A stretch of 64,000 nucleotides of DNA, from NCBI GenBank assembly GCA_964252035.1, contig OZ176202.1; one strand, 5' to 3'. Position numbers and translations under genes: made by a program. Under the pieces are notes generated by a model, which was not told the origin of the DNA, did not search any database, and saw only the letters and a program-made list of their open reading frames with translations. Positions 51,359 to 64,000 of this stretch are shown piece after piece; the stretch's first letter is position 1; the number at the start of each line of letters is the position of its first letter. Source of the DNA: Podarcis erhardii. Taxonomy: Eukaryota.

Positions 51359-51514
51359 TTGTTGGACTTGATGATATTATGGATGAAGGAGTTAAGGAAA
51401 CTGCCTGCCGTACCATTGATGAAGATGATCTTTCACCTAACAGGAATTTGAGGGACCAAATGGATGGAACGTCAGTCAAATCGCCAAGAAAATCTCCACG
51501 TCTAATGACACAAG
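51359..51514 (+). CDS. PHF3: PHF3 exon 3 (VGLDDIMDEGVKET...SPRKSPRLMTQ)
   Basis: TTTTTAG acceptor, AAG|GTAGGT donor, phase 1 to 1, 156 nt; conserved VGLDDIMDEG and SPRKSPRL. Confidence 0.95.
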
Positions 51515-51969
51515 GTAGGTCTTCTGAGGAAGTTCACATTTATAGACAGCAAATCTCTGCATTTGATTTAGTGTGGGCTGATCAGTGTATTAGAATCTTG
51601 GTTCACTGTTGAGTGAACACATTCAGATACCTAAATGTAGTTATATATATTCTTTCTTCTTGTGTTTTATCACTTATAAATGCTTCAGATTTATATTTTA
51701 AGTGGAAGTACATTATTTGCCATCAACAATCTTCCCAGAGATAATGAGAAATTGTTAATGTGTTAAGATAAACTTAGGATCACAATGTTAAGTTATATGA
51801 ATAAGCTTATCTTTAGTTTACGATGCAATCCTATGCATGTCTACTTTGTAGTAAGTCCCATTGAGTTCAGTTGTGCTCATTCCAGGTAAGCAGGTACAGA
51901 ATTGTTCCTTTTGTCTGTTATTTGGCAGCTAGATAAAAATACTAAACACTTCATTTGTCTTTTTAATAG

Positions 51970-53779
51970 AACCAGTACGAAGTCTGCGGCAGAGCACACT
52001 AGCCAAACGTTCAAATGCGTCACCATCTGTTAACCCCAAAAAATCAGCTGTGAAGTCTGGATCTGCTCAAAAGGGAGGACTGAAACAGCAGGATAAAGGG
52101 CAGACTAAATGGGAAAATAGTGGTGCCAAAGAGCATCCAAGAGATACTGAGCACAGTCGTAATGAATCCTGCCAAGAACAAGAGGCACTGGAAGTATCAT
52201 CATCACCACCACCACCACCTTCTAGCAACGCAGAATGGGTTGCGTGTTGTGCAACTTCAGATGAAGTGAAAGCAGATAGTGAACATAAAATTCCTAATCA
52301 GGCAAAAATAGAGGAAGCAGCTAATGAAGTAGGGAATTCTTCTCACTTACCAGGGACCAGTTCCCCAACTAAAGAAACTGAAAGCGTGACAAAAGTTGTG
52401 CTACCCTATGGTAGTGATGGAGTAGGCTTGGAAGCACCTGCCTTTACAGAAACTAATAAAATACAAAGTAACAGTCTAGTTAAAAATGAAGGGAATGAGA
52501 CCATGGTTAATAAGTTCACTTCTGAAATGCCTTCAGATGAAAAGGCAAACATTAAAACTGAGGAGCTGAATGAAACTAAAATGGATGAGGAAAGCAAGGA
52601 AACAGGGAAGGCTGATACTCCTTTTGTTACAACAGCTTATGAGAATGCAAGTGAAATTCAGGAAACCCCTTCAGTTCAGCCCAGTTTTGTAGATGGAAAG
52701 CCTGCCTGTGCCTCAAGCTTGCCAGCTCATCAGATCAGCTTGCCCGATGACAGAAAAGAGCCCTCAGATGACTCTAGAAAAGCTGGGTTGAAAGATCTTC
52801 CTTTAGGTAGCATGGAACCTGACCAGATTGATTCAAAAGTTGTCAATACCACTTCTGCCAAATCAGAAACAAATACTTTAGAAGATGGTATTGCTCAGTA
52901 CATTCCAGTCCAAGCTATACATCAGGAGCCTGACAGTGTAAAAATGGGAGTGCATGAGTCACCAGGCTTGCAGGAAGATGGGCATACTGGCATTTCATCA
53001 AAATGTGTAAAACATTTGAAGCCCAAGCACCCCAAGTCCAAACAAAATAAAACTACAGCTGCCCAGCAGAAAACAGCTTCCGTAAACCAAGAGCTACACA
53101 GCAAAACGCATACTGTGTCAGCTGTTTGCAGCCAGTCTTCAGTAAGTCTGAAGCATCAAGTGGAGGAGCATGGGGATCTCCAGCATTTTCATAAGCCAGT
53201 GAAAGTTAAGAAAAAACATGCAGATAAAGATGTGAAGGCCCAGGGCTGCGAATCTGGAATGGCCTTAAAGAAGCCTCTGCAATTGTTAGGGAAAAACATT
53301 CCACGGGGCCAAATCCCACCACAGGTACGGAAGATGTCCGCAGAGAGAGCAAGTGACAAGCCTTCCAGCCATCATTCGATTTCAAAAGAAATATCACACA
53401 CAGTGTCGGGACCAGCACATCCTAAACAGGGGCAATTAGCACACCAAAACCAGAAGCAGTTACTGAAACACCCCCTTCTTAAAGCCAATAATTGTGTTAA
53501 AGAAGAAGGAGGAAAAAGAGATTCCGCAGGTGTGCCTCTGGATAATTTGAAAGAGGATGAAAAAGAGAAACTGAAACTCAGAAAGTTAGAGAGGAATCTT
53601 CAGCCTCGACAGAGGAGAAGCAGCAGAAGCCTTTCAGTAGATGAGCCTCCGTTGTTCATTCCAGATAATATCTCTACTATAAAACGAGAGAGCTCGGATC
53701 ACCTATCTCCCACTGAGAGCAAAAGTCTCTGGGTACCTAGTAAGCAGTGTGGGTTTTGCAGAAAACCGCATGGCAACAG
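51970..53779 (+). CDS. PHF3: PHF3 exon 4 (1810 nt; low-complexity region up to the start of the PHD finger)
   Basis: TTTAATAG acceptor; begins PVRSLRQSTLAKRSN; contains FHKPVKVKKK and NLQPRQRRSSRSLSVDEPPLFIPDNI; ends PSKQCGFCRKPHGNR at AG|GTGTGT. Confidence 0.95.
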
Positions 53780-53800
53780 GTGTGTGTGTGTGTGTGTGTG
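53780..53800 (+). repeat. (GT)10 microsatellite forming the PHF3 exon 4 splice donor
   Basis: Seen directly in sequence. Confidence 0.9.
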
Positions 53801-54588
53801 GGTATATGTTTTTGTTGTTCAGATGTTTCAGTAATCAGATAGCTGCTTCTCATGTCCTGGAGTCTAGCACCCAGACTATCTTTTTTAAAGTAACCACAAA
53901 AGCACCCTGTCAACTTTCCAACATTATAGGCTCTTGAGCTACACTTTCTTAAGAAATTAGGGTAAACAAAATAGTGATGAGCTGTGATTACCCAGCGTAA
54001 TAGTTTGAGTCTATTCATGTTTACACTGAAATAAATCTGTGTTCTGTGCCGTCTGTGGCATAGTAAGTGTGCTTCATGTTGCAACATTGCAAAATAGATA
54101 TGCAGAAGAGGTTTCTCTGGAGCATTTCCTGCTGCCCATCTCACAAAAGACCAGGCAATCTGCTGGTCAACTTTGAACAACTTCTGTGGGAGCTGCAGTA
54201 AAAAAAATGATAGCTCCAACTGGCTGAATAGCTGACATGCTGCATAAACATGATGCATAATTTTTTGGTATGGGGGATAGTAACAGTGATGTTTGCTAGA
54301 TGGAGGTATGTAATTTTCTATGGGATATGTTGTTAGCTTCCTGATTAATACATTTGGTTTATATTTAGTAAACAAATCTAACCAAAAGTATACAATAATA
54401 ATTTTACATAGTATTTAAATATCTCAAAAAAGTTTTACCCCCTGTAGTGAAAAGTAGTTGGAACTAAAATATTTAATCAGGAAATAAAATTGCTTCACTT
54501 ACGTTTGATTAGGAAATCAAGCTCACTTAATGTGTTTTTAAAACGTTATATTCAAAGCTTTACTTGAAAATGACACACTTTACAAGTA

Positions 54589-56101
54589 CAGTGGTACCTC
54601 GGTTTACGAACTTAATCTGTTCCAGAAGTCTGTTCTTCAACCAAAACTGTTCTTAAACTGTGATGTGCTTTCCCTAATGAGGTTTCCCGCCGCCAGTGCC
54701 CTTTTACCATTCGGATTCTGTTCTTTTTTTTTTATAATAATTTTTATTCAATTTTTAAAACACATAATTAAAAAACAAAAACATCACAAAATACAAACAA
54801 ACATAAACAACTCAAACATAAATAAATTCATAATCTTATTTTCTTGTAACTTCTTTCAATCGACTTCCCCTTACCTCCCTTTCGCTGCATCCTTATTTTA
54901 AAATTTTTTAGCAACCCTTTAGTCAGTTTATCCATTTAGTTCCCTTCATTAAATTCCCATAAATTTGTTAATTACAGCTGTAGTTCTCTGCTTCTTACCC
55001 CTTGACATCTTAGCACTCCTCAATTTTACAACAGTTTTTAAGATATATTTTAAATTTCTTCCAGTCTTCTTCCACTGCCTCTTTCCCCTGGTCACGAATT
55101 CTGCCGGTCATCTCTGCCAGTCCCATGTAGTCAATCACCTTTGTCTGCCATTCTTCAAGAGTAGGTAGTTCTTGCATCTTCCAATACTTTGCCAGAAGAA
55201 TTCTTGCTGCAGTAGTAGCATACATAAAGAAAGTCCTATCCTTCTTTGGCACCAATTGGCCAACCATGCCCAGGAGAAAAGCCTCTGGTTTCTTAGTAAA
55301 TGTCCATTTAAGGACTTTCTTAATTTCATTATAGATCATATCCCAGAATGCTTTCACCCTCGGGCAGGTCCACCATAGGTGATAAAAGGTACCTTCATTC
55401 TCATTACATTTCCAACATTTATTATTGGGCAAATGGTAAATTTTTGCAAGCTTGACTGGGGTCATGTACCACCTGTAAATCATTTTCATTATATTTTCTT
55501 TTAAGGCATTACATGCCGTAAACTTAACACCAGTGGTCCACAACTGTTCCCAGTCAGCAAACATAATGTCATGACCGATATCCTGTGCCCATTTAATCAT
55601 AGCTGATTTCACCGTTTCCTCCTGTGTATTCCATTTAATCAGCAAATTATACATTCTTGACAGATTCTTAGTATTGGGTTCTAACAGTTCCGTTTCTAAC
55701 TTTGACCTCTCCTTCTGAAATCCTATTTTCCTGTCCTCTTTAAAAGTCTCATTTATCTGATAGTAATGCAGCCAATGTCGAACTTTGGACTTTAGTTTTT
55801 CGTAACTCTGAAGCTTTACCCTTTCACCTTCATATTCTAAGATTTCACAATATTTTGGCCATTTAGAATCCATATTAAGTTTTTTCACCCCCTTGGCTTC
55901 CATTGGTGACAACCACCTGGGAGTTTTAGTTTCCAGTAGATCTTTGTATCTGCTCCAAACATTATATAATGCTTTTCTACATTCGGATTCTGTTCTTAGA
56001 CCGAGGTAAAGTTCTCAAACCAAGACACTATTTATGGTTTTGCTGAGTTTGTAAACCAAATCGTTCTTAAACCGGACTGTTCTTAAACCAAGGTACCACT
56101 G
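54589..56101 (+). mobile_element. Tc1/mariner-type MITE interrupted by an L1 insertion
   Basis: TIRs CAGTGGTACCTCGG at 54589 and AGGTACCACTG at 56101, TA TSDs; the two halves join across the L1 TSD. Confidence 0.9.
54726..55979 (-). mobile_element. 5'-truncated L1/Tx1-clade LINE
   Basis: ORF2 C-terminus with CCHC knuckle CWKCNENEGTFYHLWWTC; poly(A) tail (T-run near 54724-54733); 18-bp TSD CATTCGGATTCTGTTCTT at 54708-54725 and 55980-55997. Confidence 0.92.
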
Positions 56102-59100
56102 TATTGAAGTTGTAAAAATTTAAACAGGATGACTTAATGGCTTATGCTTCCCTGACATTATTTAAAAGTTAAAGAATTGGGGAGTTGTATTTCTCATCAC
56201 TAATTGTGTCACATGATAAAAACAGCATGAGCCTATTAAAAAAAATAAGTTGGAAAACAAAAACCTTTAAAGATTATTTTCATAGGTCCAAAGAACTCTG
56301 TATTCCCCTTCTTACTGGTAATCATCTAAAATAATAATTAACACTTTGAAACTGCCCATTTTGCCTGGTAGTTTAGCCTTTTATTGTGTTACACATTTTG
56401 TGAAAAGAATGGATTTTAAGAAATGGATTTATCACATCAGTGCTGGCATCTGGAAACATTGATTGGCTTTGTTTGGACATCATGCAAATCATAGTATAAT
56501 GTGATAAAAATCTGGTGTAGCTCTGAGGAGATTGGAAACTTATTCACTTCTGGTTCCTGTTAATCACAGTTTAGTGTGTTGTCCTAACCCTAAACTGTGA
56601 TGAAGTTAACTAGTTCATTTAAAGAAATATCTTCATATCCCATTTTTGAAGTTGACTAACAAGCATAATAGACCTTAATCAGTTTGTTGGTTTGGACAAC
56701 ATGGCAAGTGATAGAAAAGCAACAAGGGAAGCAAGAGTTTCTGAACTCTTTTATGGCCATATGGCTTTTATGGAGTGGTGAGAGAGTGTGAACCTAAACC
56801 TCACTGTAGCTTGTTCTTGTTATGCTAAACTGTGGTTTAACATGATGTCTGAACTGAGCAATTCTGTGCATAGAAATTTGATTTTTTATTTTTTTAAAAA
56901 AAGGATTCCGTAATTTAATAGATACCTAACTGTTGGTAACAGTGGTATCTCATTCTTCTGATGAAAACGTTTACCACCTTTCTTTGTGGGTATTGTTTAA
57001 AATTGTGGAGTTGTATTCAACTAAAATAATTGCATGTGTGGAACAACTTTTCTTTCCTCGTGTGCCCACAAATCTGCCCTCTGGAATGTGGAGGAAGGAG
57101 AGGAAGGGAAAGTTCTGTTGCACTTGTGGAAGACATTATGCAATTATTTATTTGGATATAACATGTGGTTTTCAAGATATCGGTTGCCTACTGCATAATA
57201 AAATGATGGTCTTGTTCAGGTTGTTGGTACTGGTGGCAACATAATGGATTGGACCCAGACTTGTCCCTGAGTAAATTGAAGGGCTATTTCCATTCATGCT
57301 AGGATCTGGGATGCAGTAGGGTCTTTCTCTTAGAGAAAGGGGCAAGTCCTCCCTTTACTACCTCCCATACTGTTTTGGAAGATCATCTAACTATGCACTC
57401 AATAGAATTCAAGTGGGAAAAAAGTCATTGGGTCTTCATTGCCTAAATTTTAGTAGCTTTTTATTATGCGTTATAGTTGTTGCTGACAGAATAAATGATG
57501 CCTGACTTTAGAACAATGTAAAATTAGTCCCTGCCATTATAAGCATAATTTGATGACCTCTTCCTCCAAATAATACAGGTTCTGATAAGTAGAAATTATG
57601 GAGTATAGGAAAATTAAGCTGGCATTTTCAGCATGGTGAATAAAGCTGTATCCCAGCAGCCCTAATGGGCATGCATAAATTTTGCATTCAGGAGTTTGCC
57701 TTATTCTTATTGATATTGGGTAGTGTTGCATGTGTGCAGCAGGGAATCATTAAAATAACATTTACACAGAAATATGTGTTCATTTTGGTCGTTAAAACTA
57801 ATGCTGAGTTTGGTTAAACAATGTAATACGTTGTATTTAAAATGAATTTAAATGTGTAGTCTGGGGATCTTCTGCTTGCTGAAAATATAAGCGTAAAGGG
57901 AAACGTATATAAAAACATACTTTTTGAAGTATGCTTACCACTGTACTTTCTATAGTTTGGTTCTTTTTTTACATTTGGAATAGAGTCGCTTTCACTTATG
58001 GCGTACTGTTTGCCACCTGATAATTAAGTTAGTTCATTAATAACTTGCTTCACATGGTAGAATAATATTTTTTTACGTTTTTGGAAAAGTGCATCTAGTG
58101 GTCCGCACTTGCAATAATACTACTACTTTCTTTTTAATCCAGGTTTCCTTTCAGGCTCAATTCTAACTTGAAACATTACTTTTTGTACCGGGGCTCTCGG
58201 CAGTAGTTTAAAACTGTAGCGCCCTTCCCATTCTGTAAAGTGGATCCACATGATGAAACCACAGGGAGGCCACACTGCTGGTCCACTCACCCAGCTCCAC
58301 TTCTTATCTCTGCATTTGAACAAATGCTTGAAGTGGGTAGGCAGTTGCACTTGTAGAGTCTCCTTCCATTCAATTGCCAGCTTGTACTTTGGGCCTTTTG
58401 ATCATGTAGAAAAACCTCGAGAAATATAGCTGGCTTTCCCCTTCAGACCTTTGCTCGATGCTCAGAGGTGGAAGTGGAGCGAGGCAAGCGGGCAAAATGT
58501 CCATGGCCAACCACTCTAATTGTGTGTAGCCTGTTCACTTGGATCATGTGTGAAAGGGGCTTGTTTCTCTTAGAATTACGAATATCCTACTGAGAATTAT
58601 GAGTATCTTACTGAGAAATGTTTGAAGTATCTTTTCAGAAGAATGTTGTGAACAGAGGTCATACTACGTCATTAAAAACTGCATAGGAATATATTGCTGC
58701 AGTACAGATGTGCACATTAAACGGTGGATTGGATCCATACTAACAAAATAATCATATGAATGTGTCCTCCAATGCATGTATGTATCATGTTTGCAGCCCA
58801 AGGGTGGAATCCAGAGCTGACCTCTCTACTGACAGAAGGCATTCATCAGAGGAATTGGGGTGGGAGGAAATTTTCAGTGATTCCTTGTCCATCTTGCTCC
58901 TCCTTAAATCTGCTTCATAGGATTTTGGGGCTACCATATTTTTGAAGGGCAGGGGGTTGGGGTTGCAGGTGGAGGGGGTATTACCAAAAATCACTGCCCT
59001 CCCACAGGCTCCCCATCTCTGTCCAACACTTAAACATTTTACTTTTTTGGAGAGTAATTCTCTTTTTCCTCCCCTTGCCCCTGCTTAAGTTCTTCTTTAG

Positions 59101-60769
59101 AATTTGAAGATCAAATTGTCCTTGACATGAGAAATTTTTTACAGTTATGCCCTTAGTGTGGAATTTGTTGTAGAATCAGGGCCTTCCATGTTTGCCAATC
59201 TACAATACCTACTTCAGTTCATCTGTGTTTACAGTGGATTAACAATTTATCTTTATGTAGTTAGCTATATATACTTCTTAAATACTGGTACATTTGTTGT
59301 ACTTTATTCCTGTAAAGTTTTAAGAATTAGCTTCCCTTCTTTGTGTCTGTAAAAACAAAGGGTGGTCCCCTCCCCTAAATGCTAGATAAGGGTATAATTT
59401 AAAATATGCTAAATGGCTATATATGCTAAATTGAAATCATGTATTTTGTATAGCCATACCAAGAAATCTGAAAATGTTTTTCAACAAAGTAGTTACTAAA
59501 AATACAGTTGACAGTATTTGTTTCACCCTACATGAACTTGCTTCACCTCGAAGAATGGAAAGGGGAGTAAAGAATGACTTTTTGCATTTACTAACATAAA
59601 TTTCTAGTCCATGAATATGCTGCTCGATTTGTTTACAAGAGCAATCTGTGCTATGTATTTTAAATAAAGTTAATTTTGAGTTGGTGTATCATTTTTAAAA
59701 AACTTGTCTTCGAACCCAACAAAATTATTTTGACTGTCCACATTCCACTTGGGTGACTGCTTATTTGAAAAAGATAGTCTGAACGTTGCGTTAGTATATT
59801 TCAAGAGACGCTGTATTTACAGTAACAAAACCATGGTTCAGATACATTTATTGCTTTACTCTGTTTGCAGAAGGCAGTACATTGTTGCAATCAGAACAGC
59901 TGTTTTAAAAATTGGTGCTTAAGTGAACTGTGTACAACCAGTGCTTCATTTTGTTTTCTTAAATGTTTGCAGCATGTTGGTTTTAATGTAAAGCTTATTG
60001 AAACACTTTGAATACCACCCCATTATTAATATTTTTAAATGATTTTTTCTTTCTTTCTGTTGCAGCTACACATCTGCTAATTCAGCCTTACAACATGAGT
60101 AGCGCTTGGACATCAAACTGTGAAGCTGTCTGCAGCCAGAATTTTTAGTATTAGCTACAGTTACACACCCCTTCAAAAGCCACAGAAAAAGAAATTGTTT
60201 GGCCCTTAAAGCCGTCTTCAGCTCTTCATAAATGATACGCTCCTTTTAGACATTTGGGGGCATCTCCCTTGCTCCTTGACAAGTGAGATTCCTTATTACA
60301 GAGGTATTGAGGGGGGTGGAGTCTTGTGGCCCTGCAGATGTTGTTGGACTCTCATCCACCCTAATCTGCATGGCTAGTTGAAGTCCAGCAATCTCTGCAG
60401 GACTGCAGGTTCCCCACTCCTCTCTTATTAACTTTGCTACATGCTTGTTAGCTATCCTACATCTACACAGTTTTCCTAGTGACAGTACTAAAATTCAGTC
60501 TCTAATGGACAAAACTTTTAAATGAATTCAGAACAGCAAATTGGGGTCTGATGTTTACTTGGAAAATGCCTGCTTTCTTTTTTGTAAACTTTCATTTTTG
60601 GCTGGCATGTCTATCCCTGCCACGTTCATATTCTCTTTATCAAAGTGATGAAAAGAAAAGACAAGGAAATGCCCATTGTGTTTGGAGAGTAAATTAAATA
60701 CTCTTATTTTGTATTTGTAGAATTAAATTAGAGCTTTGTAAGCTGATACAGAATATAGCTAACCAGCTA

Positions 60770-60852
60770 GCTTAAGCCGCCCAGAGTGGCTGGGGAAACC
60801 CAGCCAGATGGGCGGGGGTATAAATAATAAATTATCATTATCATTATTATCA
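60770..60852 (+). mobile_element. Short L2-type 3' tail
   Basis: GCCGCCCAGAGTGGCTGGGGAAACCCAGCCAGATGGGCGGGGGTATAAATAATAAA plus (ATT)-type tail; same end as the 46720 element. Confidence 0.7.
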
Positions 60853-63800
60853 TCTGTTAACTATTCCCATGTTTGTGCTATAGGCTTGAATTTTCCTATA
60901 GCAGACCAAGCCATAAATTGGTGTATTTGTCGAATCAAATTTCTGTTTATAGGTAGGATCACAATATAAATTTAACTTATAAATAAAGTTCTAAAAGAGC
61001 TCATTAAGAGCTAGTAACAGTTGTATAAATTTGGAATGACACAAATTGTCATTATTCCAGACTGGAGTTTTTTTAGATACAAAAATGTACTGGTTCAGAA
61101 TTCAACACACACACACAAAAAATGCTTACAGGTTGTATGACATTAACTGAAAAATGAGAGTTAAATTGGAACAGAAATTACATAGCATAGAAATTACATA
61201 GAAATCAGGATGTGTCTACATAGTTTAAGCCTTTGTTCATAAAGATTTATTTCAGTTGGTGTTTAACTGAGTTTAGTCACTTGACAAAAGTGATGTACAG
61301 ATCTGATAATTTGGGAGCCATCTTGATAGCCTGCTCCTTGTTTGTTGCTCCCCATCCCAGTCAATGAAAAACTGAGCAATAAGGAGTCCACCTTGGTGTT
61401 ATCTTGTTTCTTTGCTTTTCTACCGTAATGCTCTTGCTGAAACAACAAATTCAGAAGCAGGCTTGCCCTTTTAAAACAATCAGAAAATATAGATTCATTT
61501 TAATTTACCTAAACATAATTGCAGCTGCTTCGTGAAAGATTGTGGCAGCCGCTGTCTTTTGTTCAGGACACTGGGAGCACTGCTGTGATTGATCAACAGT
61601 TATGTTTACGTGCTCAATAGTTGTTTTAGAACACCTTTCTTCTCTCTTGAGTGTGCTCAGCATCTGAGTGAGTGACTGCTATTGAAAGTACAATGCCCCA
61701 TATTGCTGTTCTGAACACTTTCCCATATTGACCTTTTCTTTCTTAATTGGAATAGTCGCTGCTAGTATTTCAAAAGTATGAAATTAATTCTGATTCCAAA
61801 CATAATGTCCGTAACCCAAAATGGGCAGGTGTTCCCCATAACCTTTTCAGGCATGGGGTGAATGGAACACTTTTCTATTTCTGTATGGTCTCCCTACATT
61901 GCAAATGTATTCCTCTTTATGCACACCAGAGATGCAAGATCATAAAGCCTGAAAGAGCTTTCTCTAGTCTGGGGATAGGCAGTGTGATGCCTGGCAGAGA
62001 GGGAGGGCAGGAGGACTATAACTCATCATCCCTGACAGTTGGCCTTGCTGATTAGGGTTGTGGAAGTTGTAATCACAAACATCCCAAGGGCACCATATTG
62101 GCTACTCTGGCCAGGTCTATTTGTCTGCCAGTTCCTTATCTTTTAAATATCCACGTTTCTATGAGGAGGAGCACTTTTTCTTATTTTTATTTCATTCCCT
62201 TATTGCTACATTTAGACATTCAATTTCTTATTTCTATCAGATTTTTAAATCAAAGAAATACAATTATTTTCACACTAAATCTGAACACATAGTCCTCCAC
62301 ATAGCTAGTTCAGCTTTCAGCAGATTGAATCTATGTAATATAACTTGTATATGGATTTATCAGACATACTTCATATTGTCATAATGGTATTTGCAATACG
62401 TTTTGGGATCCTTAAGCTGGAACATGACATTCTAGAATGTTTTGGTTGTGATGGAAAATGTCATGATTTCCCTGCCATAGAAAACAAAGCAAAATCAGTT
62501 CCTGGTCTTCAAATATGCTAGTTTTTATGGCCATCTTGGAAATTGTGATAGGCTCAAATTACGGACACAGTTACCTGACAGAAAATTTGGTTGAAACCAC
62601 TAGTGCTTATTATCAGGTAATATGTTTAGTATGTATGAGCTGACAGCTGAGATTTGTTTCTTCCGCCTGAATGAAGCATAAAGAAATTATTAATGGAACA
62701 CTACACCCCCACCCCCCTCTGATTGTTAGAAGCCAAATAGTCACACATGTAAGTATTGGCTGCAAACCCATACAGTAAAACACTAGTCCAAGTAACTATG
62801 AATGTGAATCTGTACTTGGAGTTATTTCACCCCTCTGAGCTTGAGCTATCTTTAGTGGTGCAATAGGAAGTGAAGTACACTGTTCTTACTCGTTTCTTAC
62901 TTGACATAGTTTAGAACAGGCCAGTCATACTTTAGGATTTCATGCTCTATATAGTATTCTGGCCATGTATTGTGTACCTCAGCAGACCCCCCCCCCCAAA
63001 AGACAGGATTTATCGAGTATCAGGCAGGTCTATTGTTACTGTTATTGTTATTAGAGGAATGTGAGTTAGCAGTGTAGAACAAGACAAATACTAAGGTTAT
63101 TGGGCCACTTCATTAGAATGGCTGCTTTCAGTTACTTGGAGCAACACACTTGGCCGGACTCATAGCATGTAATGGCAGGCTTGTCAGGAATTGTCTTGAC
63201 AAAAAGGTCGTCCATGTTTGCATCTTCCTGATAAGATCTTAACACTAGAACTTACAAATCTTTGTGAATAATTTAAATTATATAACAAGTAAATTTGTGG
63301 GGGGAAAGTTACCCAAGCTAAGATGGAGCACTTTTAACATTGATTTTTGCTCTCTAGTGAGTACTTCAGGCTTCTTGTTATAAACATGAGGAAGGAATTT
63401 AACGTCATGTTAATTAAGGTGTTTGGGTGCAGGGGGAACGAAGGCTGCTTGTGCAGTGAGTTTTGGCTCACTCCTTATAGCTGTGCCCCCCCCACCTGTT
63501 CTGGTGGTTTCTCCAACCCTCCAGGGCAGATTTAGGTGGTGCAGAGAAGCAATGTGAAAAGTCCTGTTGCATGAGCCGTTGAAGACTGACCATAATTTTC
63601 TGGATTCCTGTTTTTGCCAAATGCTTGAAAGATAGAAATGCATATCCACCAGAAGGCTGCCCTTAAGTTTCCCTCAACTGTTTCAACTCCACCTTGTTTT
63701 CTATATAATTTTAAGGGGAAATTCAAAATACAAGAGCTTGGATGTCCATAAAATGGTACACCCTTCTCCCTTCCTAGAAAATAGAGAAAGTAAAGACTAT

Positions 63801-64000
63801 TGATGAGTGCAAGGGGAAGTTAAGATTATTTATTGGTTTGGGTTATCTTAAGTTTCAATATTATGAAAAATGTAAGGTGCCCGTTAGGGCAAATATATAT
63901 TAGGAGATTAATTGCAAAGTAGAATAGATCTATGAAAAGACCAACTTTTATTCTGTTTAGGAATGAAATTGTTTCTTGCACCTGAATTGTGAACTTCTGC

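Noticed and set aside
52050-53834. 594-aa stand-alone ORF
   Set aside because: It is internal PHF3 exon 4; the GTG start and the CVCVC tail are artefacts of ignoring splicing
53737-54375. 212-aa minus-strand ORF
   Set aside because: No recognisable homology; runs through a microsatellite; probably chance
53801-64000. PHF3 exon 5 (expected to begin FMVGCGRCDDWFHGDCVG)
   Set aside because: Not found by eye in the window; probably lies beyond 64000. A tblastn search would settle it
1-64000. CRISPR arrays, rRNA, snoRNA or miRNA genes
   Set aside because: None recognised; hairpins seen are explained by MITEs

Overview
Vertebrate genomic DNA from a squamate reptile (probably a lacertid-type lizard, judged from Sauria-type SINEs and BovB-like LINEs). 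It carries two tandem + strand genes. PTP4A1 (PRL-1 phosphatase) is complete: CpG-island exon 1 ends at 15284, and five coding exons over 23406-26165 give 173 aa ending in the CAAX motif CCIQ. PHF3 is represented by its 5' part: CpG-island exon(s) at 33.3-34.2 kb, coding exon 2 partly hidden by a 132-N gap, and exons 3 and 4; the next PHD-finger exon was not found in the window. The most notable element missed by the ORF track is a 44-aa upstream ORF spliced across the 7.7-kb first intron of PTP4A1, embedded in a stack of further uORFs. This fits the known Mg2+-responsive uORF control of PRL mRNAs. Other points of interest are a candidate PHF3 5'UTR cassette exon with a strong uAUG, a (GT)10 splice donor, a candidate PHF3 poison exon, a solo LTR almost filled by a 198-codon ORF, and a young L1 nested in a mariner MITE. 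The rest is TE-rich intronic and intergenic sequence. Comparisons with human genes are from memory, not from a search.
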